Part shown: positions 27,560-41,470 of the stretch, piece after piece
Numbering within the stretch: position 1 is the stretch's first letter
How the letters are laid out: each line of letters begins with the position of its first letter
DNA from: Octopus sinensis
Taxonomy: Eukaryota
Direction of reading: 5' to 3'
DNA length: 64,000 nt
Assembly (NCBI RefSeq): GCF_006345805.1
Contig: NC_043003.1
Span: forward strand, 112,778,001-112,842,000
Made by a program: the position numbers and the translations under genes
Notes under the pieces: model-generated
Databases searched by the model: none
What the model was told of the DNA's origin: nothing
Seen by the model: the letters and a program-made list of their open reading frames with translations, nothing else

Positions 27560-28112
27560 TCGCCTTCTTAGTGTTTTACATTTGAAGCAATGCCTCGGTC
27601 CAACACGTTTTCCTATTCGAAGCATTTTTAACGCTTCCGTCGTATTTTGTTTTCCTTCAGCTCTTCATATCTGCAAATTCCGTAACATCAGCTTTCGTTT
27701 CTAGTGATGACCCTTGATAAATAGGCCGTATCAACTCCCAAATGTTCTTTACGTTCACGACACGCATTCAGTCGTGACTGCTTTTCATCTTCCGGGAGCA
27801 AGCAAGGCACAAATTTTGCTCCAACTCTGTTCATTTACAATTTCTCGCTCAAAATTCGTTGGCAGGAGCTCCAGGAAACACCAATCATATCAACAAATTT
27901 CGTTATTTGTTCGGTGGCGGTCCTCCAAAATCAGTTCATGATGTTTCCATATTTTCAAGAAGTCGATAGTTGCCCTGAACGAGGTTGGTACTCAAGCGAC
28001 AAGTGACCATTCTGAAAACATGAAAACCACTTGTAAACTTGTGTTTTGCCCATGGCAGCATCCCAGTAAATTGTTTGAAGCACAACAACTGTTTCGGCCG
28101 TCGTTTTTCCCA
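27560..28112 (-). mobile_element. Mariner remnant (N-terminal half, internally deleted)
   Basis: LGKTTAETVVVLQTIY.DAAMGKTQVYKWFSCFQNG...PRSG, RVGAKFVPCLL, SRVITRNES. Confidence 0.85.
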
Positions 28113-28325
28113 AAGGACCATGATGGCCTTCTTCTCTCTGGTTCTGAAGGTTCTCAGGGTCCAGCCAATCGTCTGCACTTTGTCGCCATCTTCATAATGT
28201 GCACTTGGAAAGATGTATCATCACTCATGTCGACACCCAGGTCTCGCACTGATTTAGGTTCTGGGACTGTAATCCTCCGTGGACCAGTGCATCCAGTAAG
28301 TTTTACTTTCTGTTTTGGGTGATGG
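28105..28325 (-). mobile_element. CR1/L2-like LINE RT C-terminal fragment
   Basis: SVRDLGVDMSDDTSFQVHIMKMATKCRRL and WTLRTFRTREKKAIMVLW; homologous to 36565-36745. Confidence 0.75.
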
Positions 28326-28389
28326 TAGCGCAGGGCTCGGTATTTCCTAGAATTAAACTGTATATTATTGTCTTCAGCCCATCTGTTAT

Positions 28390-28420
<31 letters not shown>

Positions 28421-28486
28421 ATATATATATATATATTATATATATTATATATATATAATATATATATATATATGATAATAATAACA

Positions 28487-28522
<36 letters not shown>

Positions 28523-28582
28523 TAATAATAATAATAATATAATATGATAATAATAATAATACAATAACAATAATAATAATAA

Positions 28583-28944
28583 TATGAGGGAATATTATTC
28601 TAAACTTACAGGGAAAAATTCAATTTAGAAATACTAAATCAAATTTACAAAATATAATATATATATATATAAATTAGAAAAAATACCTTTTATCAATTCA
28701 ATAATGAAAAATTAAATTATACCATCTAGAAAATTATATATTATAGAAAGATTAAATATAAGATAAAACAAATAACGATGATTAAGTAATGTGCAAAATA
28801 ATAAATAAAATATATATACGTTTTATTTATTATTTTGCACATTACTTAATCATCATTATATTTTTTATCGTATATTTAATATTTCTATTAAATGTAATTT
28901 TCTAGATGGTATAATTTAAATTTACATTATTGAATTGATAAAAG
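28583..28944. repeat. AT-rich repeat with 124-bp fold-back palindrome (28687-28810 / 28821-28944)
   Basis: Starts gagggaatattattctaaacttacagggaaaaat, a motif shared with 38225 and 41572; arms are imperfect reverse complements. Confidence 0.8.
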
Positions 28945-29142
28945 CGGCTATCACCACTACGCCCTCCAAAGCCCTCACTGCCACCAGCACCATCACCACC
29001 ACCACCACCACCACCATCACCACCACCACCACCACTGTCACCATATCACAAAAACAAATAACAGTTGTACTTATCTATATTACCAAACTACATGCTATCT
29101 CCTTGAGGACTAACTGCTGATGCTGCTAGTGGTAGTAGTAGT

Positions 29143-29206
<64 letters not shown>

Positions 29207-29425
29207 ACGTCAATAAGCTCAATAAGCTCAGAAGTAACGTCAATTAGCTCAGAAGTGAATTACCCTGTTGCTCGACTTGGCAGAAATAGCAGTCAAATCT
29301 TCACACCGTCCAGTTTTATATAACAACAGAACACCTTAGCATAAACTTCTATACACTTAGAAAGACAGCATTTCTAGACGGGATCATGGGGTCTGCTCAA
29401 TAAGCATTGTCTGAAGTGAAACAAC

Positions 29426-29839
29426 GGATCTTTTCGGTTTGAACGGCAGTTTTTTCTAGCGGTGTCATTTGAAATTGTCACCCATAATTATGACCCTAGA
29501 ATCCATCTATTGCATTTCAATCTCTTTTAGGGTTAGGGTTAGGGGTGGCGGGAAGACTATCTTTTTTTCTTCACAAATGTAAATAAACCCAATCTGTTTC
29601 TTAAACGAGGGACATATTCATACGGCACAGAATGTTTTCACCTCAATAGACGGTTATTGATTGGTTGAAATTGAAGAAATTGAAGAAAAAACAACAAATA
29701 TCTTACAAACTATAGAATTTTCTCAATAAAGCCAAGCGAAAAAGATGTTTTATAAACACATTCTACCAGTATACGAAGTTTAAATTTTTTAAGTTACTTA
29801 GAAATTATGTTAAAACTGCCGTTCAAACCGAAAAGATCC
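29426..29839. mobile_element. MITE copy 2 (TSD GAAACAAC; internal TTAGGG repeats)
   Basis: Same TIRs as 18881-19323, inverted orientation; identical 8-mer on both flanks. Confidence 0.9.
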
Positions 29840-30229
29840 GAAACAACAATACCCCTTCATTCAGTCAACTCAAATGGCCTGCACAACCTTAACATCCCAG
29901 CTGCAACTACTTTGACCGTTAGCAACACTACAAACGGCAACGTGATCGACTGAACTGCTGAAAACAGCAGTTAAATTCTAAAAGCTCAATCTGTTAAGTT
30001 ACATAAACATGCTGCAACAAAACCGCTAATAACCACGGGATGTTCTCATCTGGAATGTCCTACATAGTGTTGCTCGATCAATATTGGCCGAGGGCTAAAC
30101 AATAAGAACAGCATCAACATCAAGCCCCAAACCAGAAATATCAATATTCTTAAGAATAACTGCTATAAATAAACATGCACTACATTAACATAGAGAAACA
30201 AACGGAAGTCTCACTACAACTGCCACCGC

Positions 30230-30457
30230 ACAGCAGTAGCAGCAGCAGCAGTAGCAGCAACAGGGGCAGTAGCAGGAGGTGATGGTGATGGTGGTGGTGT
30301 CGGAGGTGGCTGCGGTGCTAGGAGGAATTGGTAGAGTCGATGAGGGTGGTCGAGGGCGGAGGTGAAGGCCAGAATGGTATTTGTAGCAGCAGCAGTAATA
30401 ATAGTAATATATCTTTCTATTCTTTTATTTCATCGTCTAGTTACTACTACTACTACC

Positions 30458-30492
<35 letters not shown>

Positions 30493-30497
30493 AACTA

Positions 30498-30547
<50 letters not shown>

Positions 30548-31100
30548 GGCTGCTGCTTGCTATGTGGCCACCACAACCGCCAATTACGAACTTTAGAAAA
30601 AAGAACAACAGCAACAAATAACACCAGATTGCAACACACCAGTCACCAGTCACCATTCCGACCGACCAACCAAACAACCAACCAACCGACGGACCGAACC
30701 GACCGACCGACCGACCGACCGACCAACCAGCCAGCCAGCCAACCAACCAAATCAACAACCCAGCGCACCAAAAACAGGCACAATACTACAAGTCTCGACA
30801 CCTCTGTCAACAACAGCAGTACAAGTCACCACTACCATCCATTAGCATTTAACAACACAACCAAAATCTTCCACAGCTACTTCTTCAACAGCACCACCAC
30901 CACCACCACCACCACCAGCACGACCACCACCAGCACGACCACCACCACCAACATCGGCAACAAAAATTACAATCAGTATTTACCGCAACCGCAACTACAA
31001 CAAAACCAGCCGCTCTGCAACAACAGCAGCACCAGCACCAACACCACCACCAACAACAACACCTCTATAGTCAGCAGCACAACAAATAGCGCCAATAATA
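30230..31100. repeat. Compound microsatellites (GCA, CTA, CCGA/CCAA, CAC/CAA)
   Basis: Direct reading. Confidence 0.85.
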
Positions 31101-31381
31101 GCTAAGTACAAATCTGTCGGGCCTGTACTATTTTCATCGACGGCAGAATATAATGGCCGAGGTTTCGGGTCGATATTTTCCACACGAACAGAACAAATAT
31201 TTTCGTGGATCAAGTATGGATATACAGAAGAACGTTAAAAACATCGCTTAATTTATGAAAGATGTGTGTGTATGTATATATGTATGTATATATATATATA
31301 TATACACATACATAACTACATGCACACATATGTATGAGTGTATATATGTATATATATATATATATATTATATAATATATAT

Positions 31382-31426
<45 letters not shown>

Positions 31427-31494
31427 TATAGTATATACATACACTGAAATATATATGTGCATGTGTGTCTATGTTTGTGTGTGTGTGGTGTGTG

Positions 31495-31527
<33 letters not shown>

Positions 31528-31701
31528 TTGAGGAAGTATATTAGATTTGAAAGTAGACGATATTGGAATAGCAGAATGAACCAATAAACGAATGAACGAA
31601 TATTTCAATGAATAAATCCTGTATGTATGAATAGATGTCTCAACATGACCACAGCTTTGGGCTGGAAAAAGTACAAGAAATAAATGATAATAATAATAAT
31701 A

Positions 31702-31733
<32 letters not shown>

Positions 31734-31928
31734 GTAATAATAGTAATGATAATAATAATATATATATGTATATATTTACACGGGTATATACATATACATA
31801 TATATATATATATATATAACATGTACATATACATATATATTCATATACATGTATATACATATATATATATAAATTATATATATATACATGTATATAGATA
31901 TATATATAGATATATATATATATAATAT

Positions 31929-31975
<47 letters not shown>

Positions 31976-32027
31976 TATATACATGTGTATGTATATATAG
32001 ATATATACATACAAACCACACACATAT

Positions 32028-32065
<38 letters not shown>

Positions 32066-32087
32066 CATGTATAATATATGTATATCA

Positions 32088-32126
<39 letters not shown>

Positions 32127-32257
32127 ACCTATGTATATACATATGTATATACATATATATGTAACATATATATCATATGTATATATACATATATATATAT
32201 ACATATATATATATATTATACCACATATATATAATAACAACACACCACATATATATA

Positions 32258-32309
<52 letters not shown>

Positions 32310-32450
32310 ATATATATATATATCAAATAAGCAACGAGGAGTCATCACCGTATTTAAATTATATGGATAATACCATACTAAATTCTGGTGCCTTCACTTA
32401 AGTTCCATATTCATCTGAATCTAAATTTTACTGAGCTTATATATATATAG

Positions 32451-32502
<52 letters not shown>

Positions 32503-32517
32503 TTATTATATAGAAGG

Positions 32518-32569
32518 AGCTTCTACACAGGACTAGAACTGTTTCATTCAAGAGAAATCTTCAGGAGCT
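32518..32569 (-). ncRNA. HHR-like motif, inverted copy of 36357-36406
   Basis: Reverse complement: agctcCTGAAGAtttctcttgaatGAAacagttctagtcctgtgtAgaagct. Confidence 0.5.
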
Positions 32570-32937
32570 AGTTAACAAGAATTGTATTGGCATTTATACA
32601 TTTAGGCAGGTGGTGGGGGACTTTTTGGGGGTTAGGCATAGCGCAAAAAATCATACTTGGGGGAGTGGTCAAGGAGTCAGTGGTAATTAGATAGAAGAAT
32701 ATAAAAGAATAAAAAAAGAATAAAAAAATATAAAAATATATAGAAGAATAGAGTTTTAGGTAAATAAGGAAATTCTCACTTATACCTATACACATATGTA
32801 ACATATACCACACACACACACACACACACATATACATACACACATACATACACAGACATCCATATATAGAGATATATATATATACACACACACACTTATA
32901 TATACATATATCTACATATATATATATATATATATAA

Positions 32938-34250
32938 CCAATAAGGACTGAACACGAAAAGTGGACAGTCAACATGCTAGAATAGACGTCAAATCGCCAT
33001 TCACCACAAAAGATTATGTTCTCAGATCAAACTCAACACAAAACCATAGCAATAACAAGTGAAAAATATACGAATAAAATAATTACCCATGTACTAAATT
33101 AGTTTCAACTGTTATTTTCCGCAAGGAAAACTGCAGCCATCATCAGCATGGTCCGTTATAAATGTAATTTGATGACTAGATGCAAACACGATAGACCGAA
33201 ATATCGCGTGCATGGAGTTCAGCCTATTACATTAGAATATATCTTTCAAATGCCTTTACTTTGGCGCGTTGGAACCCGAGAAAACTAGCCTGCAGCTAAT
33301 AATAGCAGCAGTTAATTTATCGGTTAGAGAACATATTTATTTATATAAAATTAATTAAGGGTAGAAATTGATATTTATCAATTAAGACCAGTGGTCTAAT
33401 ATTAAAAAGAATCCGAAGATTAAAATTTTATATACCAATTAAGGACTGACACGAAAGTGGACAGTCAACCAGCTAAATATAGACGTCAAATCGCCATTCA
33501 CCACAAAAGATTATGTTCTCAGATCAAACTCACCACAAAACCATAGCATAAACAGTGAAAAATATACGAAAAAATAAGTACCCATGTACTAAATTAGTTT
33601 CACTGTTATTTTCCGCAAGGAAAACTGCAGCCATCATCAGCATGGTCCGTTATAAATGTAATTTGATGGACTAGATGCAAACACGATACCGAAATTCGCG
33701 TGCATGAGTTCAGCCATTAAATTAGAATATATCTTTCAAATGCCTTTACTTTGGCGCGTTGGAACCCGAGAAAACTAGCCTGCAGCTAATAATTAGCAGC
33801 AGTTATTTATCGGTTAGAGACATATTTATTTATATAAAATTAATTAGGGTAGAAATGGATATTATCAATAAGACCAGTGGTCTAGCATATTAAAAAAGAA
33901 TCCGAAGATTAAATTTTATATATACCAATTAAGGACTGAACACGAAAGTGGACAGTCACATGCTAGATATAGACGTCAAATCGCCATTCACCACAAAAGA
34001 ATAATTATTTTTTCGTATATTTTTCACTTGTTTATTGCTAGGTTTTGTGTTGAGTTGATCTGAGAACATATCTTTTGTGGTGAATGGCGATTTGACGTCG
34101 ATATCTATCTAGCATGTTGACTGTCCACTTTCGTGTTCAGTCCTTAATTGGTATATATAATTTTTTAATCTTCGGATTCTTTTTTAATATGCTAGACCAC
34201 TGGTCTTAATTGATAAATATCAATTCTACCCTTAATTAATTTTATATTAT
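32938..34250. repeat. About 490-bp tandem repeat (two full units plus a partial) followed by an inverted partial unit
   Basis: Unit starts ccaat(t)aaggactga at 32938, 33435 and 33925; reverse-complement copy at about 34003-34250; copies differ mostly by single-base indels. Confidence 0.9.
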
Positions 34251-35721
34251 ATATATATATATTATATATATATAATATATATATATATACATACATATAC
34301 ATACATACACATATACATGCATATACATATCCACACACATGTATATATACACACACACGACCACACATACACATACACACAAAAAATATATACATACACC
34401 ACATACACATACACACATACACACACATACACACATACACACATGCACACAACAACCACAAGTCCCTATATACTCATATATACATATACACATATATGTA
34501 TGCATACACACACACACACATATATTATATAATATATATATATATATATATATACATACATATGTGTACCCATTCATACACATATATGTATGTATACACA
34601 CACATATATACATATATATACACACATATACATACATATGTGTACCTATTCATACCTACACATACACACATATATACATACAATTACAAACCCATTCCCT
34701 AATTTTAATTTTATTATCTTCATTTATTACTTTTGTTATCTTTGACCGCTGGTCACAAGCATCTTGGCTAGTCCCTTTTATCTTTCTACTTGAGCACAAG
34801 CACTCACTCACGCACGCACACTCATTAGCACGCACACACACTCTCATTCGTACACTCATACACATACACGCACGCACGCGTTATATTCATACATACATAC
34901 ATCTACATACATACACGTATATACACATACGTACGCGTACCTACAGATTCATGTCTACAATCTTAGAAGACTAGTCTATACATATACACCAAATATATAC
35001 ACACATACATATACACCTACATACAAATACATACATACATATATATACACACATATATATATATATACATATACACATACACATATATATATATATATAT
35101 ACACATATATACATATATATACATATATATATATATACACATACATACACCCATACATACATACATATATCTACACCTACACACACCCACACGTATACAT
35201 ATACATACATATACGCGCATGCATACCATACAAATACATACACATACAATATACATATACATACATACATATATATATATTATATATACACACATACATA
35301 CATATACATACATACCTATCATATATACACACACACTACATACACATATACCATACACGCACATACACATATACATGCGTACCATACACACACACACACG
35401 CGCATCCATATATACACATAGTACACACATGCGTAAAAGTATCAAAAATCTATGCTTACACATACACACACACACACGCCACTCCTTATGTTCATACTTA
35501 CATGCATACTCAAAGAATAAGTAATAAAATATATATACGTGCAGTTATTCATACATGCATACTCAAAAAATAATAAATAATATATAATAAATAATAAATA
35601 ATAAATAATAAATATTAAGTATATATACGTGCAGTTACCTATTATACAGACGGATACATACATATAAACTTACACACACATATATATATATATATACATA
35701 TATATATACACATATACATAC

Positions 35722-35758
<37 letters not shown>

Positions 35759-35931
35759 CTTACACATATGTACATATACATACACACATACATAACTCTA
35801 CGTACCTACATATACCTAAACACACGAGCGTGCACGTATATGTACATATACACATACACATACACACACATATATATACATACATACATATACATACACG
35901 CATATATACACACACATATATATATATACTA

Positions 35932-35968
<37 letters not shown>

Positions 35969-36037
35969 ATATATATACACATATACACACATAACACACA
36001 CACTATACATACATATACATACACACCACATACATAC

Positions 36038-36082
<45 letters not shown>

Positions 36083-36356
36083 TGTATATACATATACACA
36101 TACATACATACACCTACATTACATATACACACACACACATACATATATACACACACACACACATACATACATACACACATACATACACATATATATTCTT
36201 TTATTTATTCTTCTATCTAATTTACCACTGACTCCTCGACCACACATCCCCCCCAGTATGATTTTTTTGCGCTATGGCCCTACCCCCAAAAGTCCCCCCC
36301 CACCACCCCTATAAACCTGCCTAAATGTATAAATGCCAATACAATTCTTGTTAACT

Positions 36357-36406
36357 AGCTTCCTGAAGATTTCTCTTGAATGAAACATTCTAGTCCTGTA
36401 GAAGCT
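36357..36406 (+). ncRNA. Type I HHR-like motif
   Basis: Stem I agcttc/gaagct; core CTGAAGA; weak stem II (ttc-tctt-gaa with a U.U closing mismatch); GAAA; stem III ACA/TGT; GUA site. Confidence 0.55.
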
Positions 36407-36489
36407 CCTTCTATATAATAAATTAATTTTACTCTGCTATGTATTGAGTACCTTATTTACTGTGGTTAACCCCGAATCAACCCGGGACC

Positions 36490-36537
<48 letters not shown>

Positions 36538-36564
36538 TATGAAAATCTCCAAACCCTGCGCTAC

Positions 36565-36745
36565 CAGTGTCCAAAACTGAATATAAAACTTACAGGGTAC
36601 ATTGGTCCAGAGAGGATTACAATCCCAGAACTTAAATCAGTGCAGAACATGGGTATCGACATGAGTGATGCTACCTCTTTCCAAGTGCACTTTACCAGGA
36701 TTGCGACAAAGTGCACTTTGTGTCAAAGCCGACAGGAGACGTCGA
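36565..36745 (+). mobile_element. CR1/L2-like LINE RT fragment
   Basis: aaatcagtgcagaacatgggtatcgacatgagtgatgctacctctttccaagtgcac; homologous to 28170-28325. Confidence 0.7.
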
Positions 36746-36835
36746 TGTTTCCTAGGGCTAAATGGCGGTGGTGTAATTCCCTTACGGGACTGTCACATTG
36801 AGTTGACAGTATACGACTACTATATGAAACGAAAG

Positions 36836-36889
<54 letters not shown>

Positions 36890-37274
36890 TATATATATGT
36901 ATGTATGTATGTATGTATATATGTATGTATGTATTATGTATGTAAGGACTCCTAGCCTTGTTAGGGCATCCTTCTAGGTGAAAGTAACTCAGGTAACTGG
37001 GATAACTCCGACATAAAACCTGCGGCTCAGCGGTTACCGATGATGTTGACTTGTTCTTCTTTTCGGATTATGGCTGCTGTTGCTTAGTGAGTGGGATTGA
37101 CTCAGTGCACAGCCTTTCCTCACTTTAAAAAATATCTTCTTGCACAGGCATTGCACGATAACAACATTGATTAAGCTTCGTGCAATGGCCATACTCGATG
37201 ACGAGGGGGCAGCCACCATGTATGTATGTATATATATATATGTACATGTCTATATGTATATATATTTATGTATG

Positions 37275-37440
37275 TATAGTTGAAATTTGCAGAGAAATAA
37301 AAGACGAAGACAAGTGTAAGTAACAACAAGCAGGTGTATTAGTTTGACGCTCGGGCAAGTGAGAAAGTCTTTTACGTTTCGAGTCTATGCACTTCAACAG
37401 AAAGGAATAAGAGAAAATAAACAGAGATTATAACAATCTT
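37275..37440 (-). mobile_element. PLE-terminus-like short repeat, copy 3, with HHR-like motif at 37369-37404
   Basis: Reverse complement: ctttCTGTTGAagtgcatagactcGAAACGTAaaag. Confidence 0.6.
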
Positions 37441-37495
37441 GTGGATTTAGCGACCAAACATAGCGAATATATATATCTTTGTATACAGATATAGG

Positions 37496-37695
37496 ATGGC
37501 CACCAGTGACACCAAGGCAGACATTACAAAAATATTTCTTCTAAATATCGGAGAGCTGTTGCCCCTCAACAGCAAAACAAAAATCTCATTCCTGAGAGAC
37601 CATGCTGCATACAATAAAATTGTATGCGTAGCACTTGTGGAAAGGCATCTAAGACCTGATATAGGAGAGGCAGAAATACACATACCACAAGAATA
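37496..37695 (+). mobile_element. LINE apurinic endonuclease N-terminal fragment
   Basis: IFLLNIGELLPLNSKTKISFLRDH...VCVALVERHLRPDIGEAEIHIP resembles the APE start (LNI.GL...ALTETHL..EI.IP.Y). Confidence 0.7.
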
Positions 37696-37820
37696 TATCT
37701 GTTTATTTCATTTTGTGAGTTTATATCTCACCATAGATAGGTGCTTTAGCTCGCTCTCTCACTCCGTGTGGCTGTTCGAGTCATTTTTCTAGCAATGCCG
37801 GTACTAATCTATCCACTTGT

Positions 37821-37864
<44 letters not shown>

Positions 37865-37880
37865 TATAATAATAATAATA

Positions 37881-37961
<81 letters not shown>

Positions 37962-37989
37962 TAACAAAGATTGTATCAGGTGTCAATTC

Positions 37990-38030
<41 letters not shown>

Positions 38031-38138
38031 ACACACACACAACACACATATATATATTATAATACACACACACACACCATATATGTATATACATACACCA
38101 CACAACACATACATATGATATACACACACACAACACAT

Positions 38139-38183
<45 letters not shown>

Positions 38184-38224
38184 GTAAGTATATATATATA
38201 CTTATATATAATAATAATTATTAT

Positions 38225-39120
38225 TTGAGGGAATAAAATCCAAACTTACAATTAATATTTTGCCGCTTTCGACAAGTGTTTCCCTAAATCAAATAGAGAA
38301 CATGCCATTTATAATCGACATACCGAGAAGGTATCTTATGCTAACCCTATTAATTTAGAGCAGCATATGCACCGCCTGAATAGTAAGACGGAACAACAGT
38401 TCAATAACCCACCTACTTGATCTAGCAAACATATGCATCAAAATAGCAACAACGGTGATGTCAACCGCAATGAAAAGCCTGAAATACAGCCAAATCGTGA
38501 TAGTAGAAATGATCATGATACAGTTAACATGGTAACAACACCGGAAAATAAAGTCAAACCTGCCCCATATACAAATAAATATAATAAATGGTCATGCTGA
38601 GAAAAATCAATATGTCCATTGATGAACTTCTGTATAAGTACAAATCTTTTATATAAATATACCGTGCACACAAGGGGAGGGCCGTATGTTTACATTGGGC
38701 AAACGGCCGATTCATTCAAGAATCATTATCGCAACCATGTCGCCAGCTTCAAGAAAATCAATAAGAGACATTCAACATCTTTGCCCGATTTTGTGTAGCG
38801 AGGATCAAATTAAGTATAACATAACTCGGTCCATATTAAAGCACGCAAAACCATGTAATATAATTTCCAGTAGATGCCGAATCAGCTCCGAATAAGCACT
38901 GTCTATTATGTAACCAATGAGATCATTAATAGAATTTCTGAAAGACTCTCAAGATGCTTACATGTACATAAGTGCACTTTCGCACAGTGCAGTGGGAATG
39001 AATTTGAGTAACTGTTAACATAATTTACCTTAAGGTATGAGTGAACTAAGTTTAGCATTAATGACACCATTCTTATAAACACCATGTAGCTATCTAATAA
39101 TCGTATCTTCCAACTTCCGT
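38225..39120 (+). mobile_element. Heavily decayed Penelope-like GIY-YIG fragment
   Basis: YVYIGQTADSFKNHYRNHVASFKKINKRHSTSL...SILKHAKPCN...RCLHVHK in broken frames. Confidence 0.75.
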
Positions 39121-39419
39121 TCTCATTTACCAAACACACACACACACGCACACACTCTCTTTCTCTCACACACACACATGGATCAAAACAGATTGATTCA
39201 AATTAGTTGGTACTCTTGAGTTTCAAGGGTGATACTAGTCGTCAACCCACTCGTGTATATATATATTATAAATAGATTAGTGTATTTTTACCTTGTTAAC
39301 AATTAACATGGAAAAATACATAAATAGTTACCAGGGCAGCAAAAATCTCACAAGTAAAGATGTTGTAACTCCTTGTTTATAAAGGTTGAAACTTCGTGTT
39401 TACGTTGAATATTTTGAAT

Positions 39420-40513
39420 AATATGAATAAAAAATGGAGTTCACGCAGGTTTTAAAACAAGTATTTTTACTTTCGACACATGTTTCGAAAATTCCACTGA
39501 TACTATTCAAAAGAATAAATGGTATAAACAATGCAATCTTCTCTTCGGGAAAGTGAAAAAAACGAAATTCGTCAATACGACATTTTAGCAAAAAATGATG
39601 GATTTTGTATAGCAATAGATAGAACGCTATAATATTGTTTAAAAAAACGTTTATATATTATAACATCATAAGTAGCTAACAGAAAGAGTAGGGATATTAA
39701 TAGTGAATGTTAAATATAAAGGAAATTAAAGTTTAAATTATATATAATGATAGAGACTACTTATATGCACTAAATGTATGTTTCTGCCAATGCTTACATC
39801 TGTATGCTTGTTCTATAACCGTGTTTACTAGAGTATTTTTAGAAAAAATAATGAAAAATAGCTCAGAATTGCAGAGAAGACAGACTTTCTTGCCTTTGTC
39901 ATATGGTGTCGAAATTGAAAGGATCAACCATTCTAAATGAAATTGTTCATTGTGGTCTTTTAAATCCCAAATAAGTTTGCTGAGACCGGTACTATTCCGT
40001 TTATTTCTATCCCTAAATGTTGAGTAATGGATAGAAATTCTTTTAGATAACTCTAACGATGTGCTTCCAATGTAAAATCGTACTTTATTACGAGTACTGA
40101 TTATACACTGGTATATAGGATTTTTAATCTTAGAGTTACTTGACATAAATTTAATTCTATTGGAATTGACTTCAGATACAATAACCTTGTTATTAATATT
40201 TCTAGAGGGTTGGATGGTATTAGCTAAATTAATGTTAGTATTAGTAAATGTATTAATATTTAACAGTTTGTTATTATGAGAAGATATAAGTTGCAAGAGA
40301 TTTTTTGTATTTGAAAAACCTATCCTAACCTTATGTGAATTAATTATAGAGTAATGTGTAGAATTGTTTGGAAAATTCCTAGCAATAGCTTGACGAAACA
40401 GCAATGGGAGATTAGATTTAATTTGTCTCCCGTAAGGAATTATTAACCAAATATTTTTACTAGTATTCATAGAGTAATTACTTTTGAAGGTGTTATATTT
40501 ACTTTTAGATCGA
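39420..40513 (-). mobile_element. PLE GIY-YIG module, left arm of a head-to-head inverted duplication; intact 237-aa ORF at 39757-40470
   Basis: IWLIIPYG...IYQC...FYIG...SKRISIH...CLLCNSELF...LVNT...CKHWQK; ATG at 40470; the frame stays open to the junction. Confidence 0.88.
39469..39554 (-). ncRNA. Type I HHR motif (CCGAAGA core variant)
   Basis: Reverse complement of the motif at 41346-41431. Confidence 0.65.
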
Positions 40514-41470
40514 TATTGCTAGGAATTTTCCAAACAATTCTAGATATTACTCTATAATTAATTCACATAAGGTTAGGATAGGTTTTTCACACACAAAAAA
40601 TCTCTTGCAAATTATATCTTCTCATAATAACAAACTGTTAAATATTAATACATTTACTAATACTAACATTAATTTAGCTAATACCATCCAACCCTCTAGA
40701 AATATTAATAACAAGGTTATTGTATCTGAAGTCAATTCCAATAGAATTAAATTTATGTCAAGTAACTCTAAGATTAAAAATTCTATATACCAGTGTATAA
40801 TCAGTACTCGTAATAAAGTACGATTTTACATTGGAAGCACATCGTTAGAGTTACCTAAAAGAATTTCTATCCATTACTCAACATTTAGGGATAGAAATAA
40901 ACGGAATAGTACCGGTCTCAGCAAACTGATTTGGGATTTAAAAGACCACAATGAACAATTTCATTTAGAATGGTTGATCCTCTCAATTTCGATACCATAT
41001 GACAAAGGCAAGAAATTCTGTCTTCTCTGCAATTCTGAGCTATTTTTCATTATTTTTTCTAAAAATACTCTAGTAAACACGGTTATAGAACGAGCATCCA
41101 GATGTAAGCATTGGCAGAAACATACATTTAGTGCATATAAGTAGTCTCTATCATTATATATAATTTAAACTTTAATTTCTTTTATATTTAACATTCACTA
41201 TTAATATCCCTACTCTTTCTGTTAGCTACTTATGATGTTATATCATATAACGTTTTTTTAAACAATATTAATAGCGATCTGTCTATCGCTATACAAATCC
41301 ATCATTTTTTGCTAAAATGTCGTATTGACGAATTTCGCTTTTTTCACTTTCCCGAAGAGAAGATTGCATTGTTTATACCATTTATTCTTTTGAATAGTAT
41401 CAGTGGAATTTTCGAAACATGTGTCGAAAGTAAAAATACTTGTTTAAACCTGCGTTAACTCCATTTTTTA

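Noticed and set aside
31100-31215. CpG-rich island open on both strands (plus: VLFSSTAEYNGRGF, CUB-end-like; minus: FN3-like)
   Set aside because: No convincing acceptor on either strand, and motif matches on both strands suggest over-fitting; kept only as a BLAST candidate.
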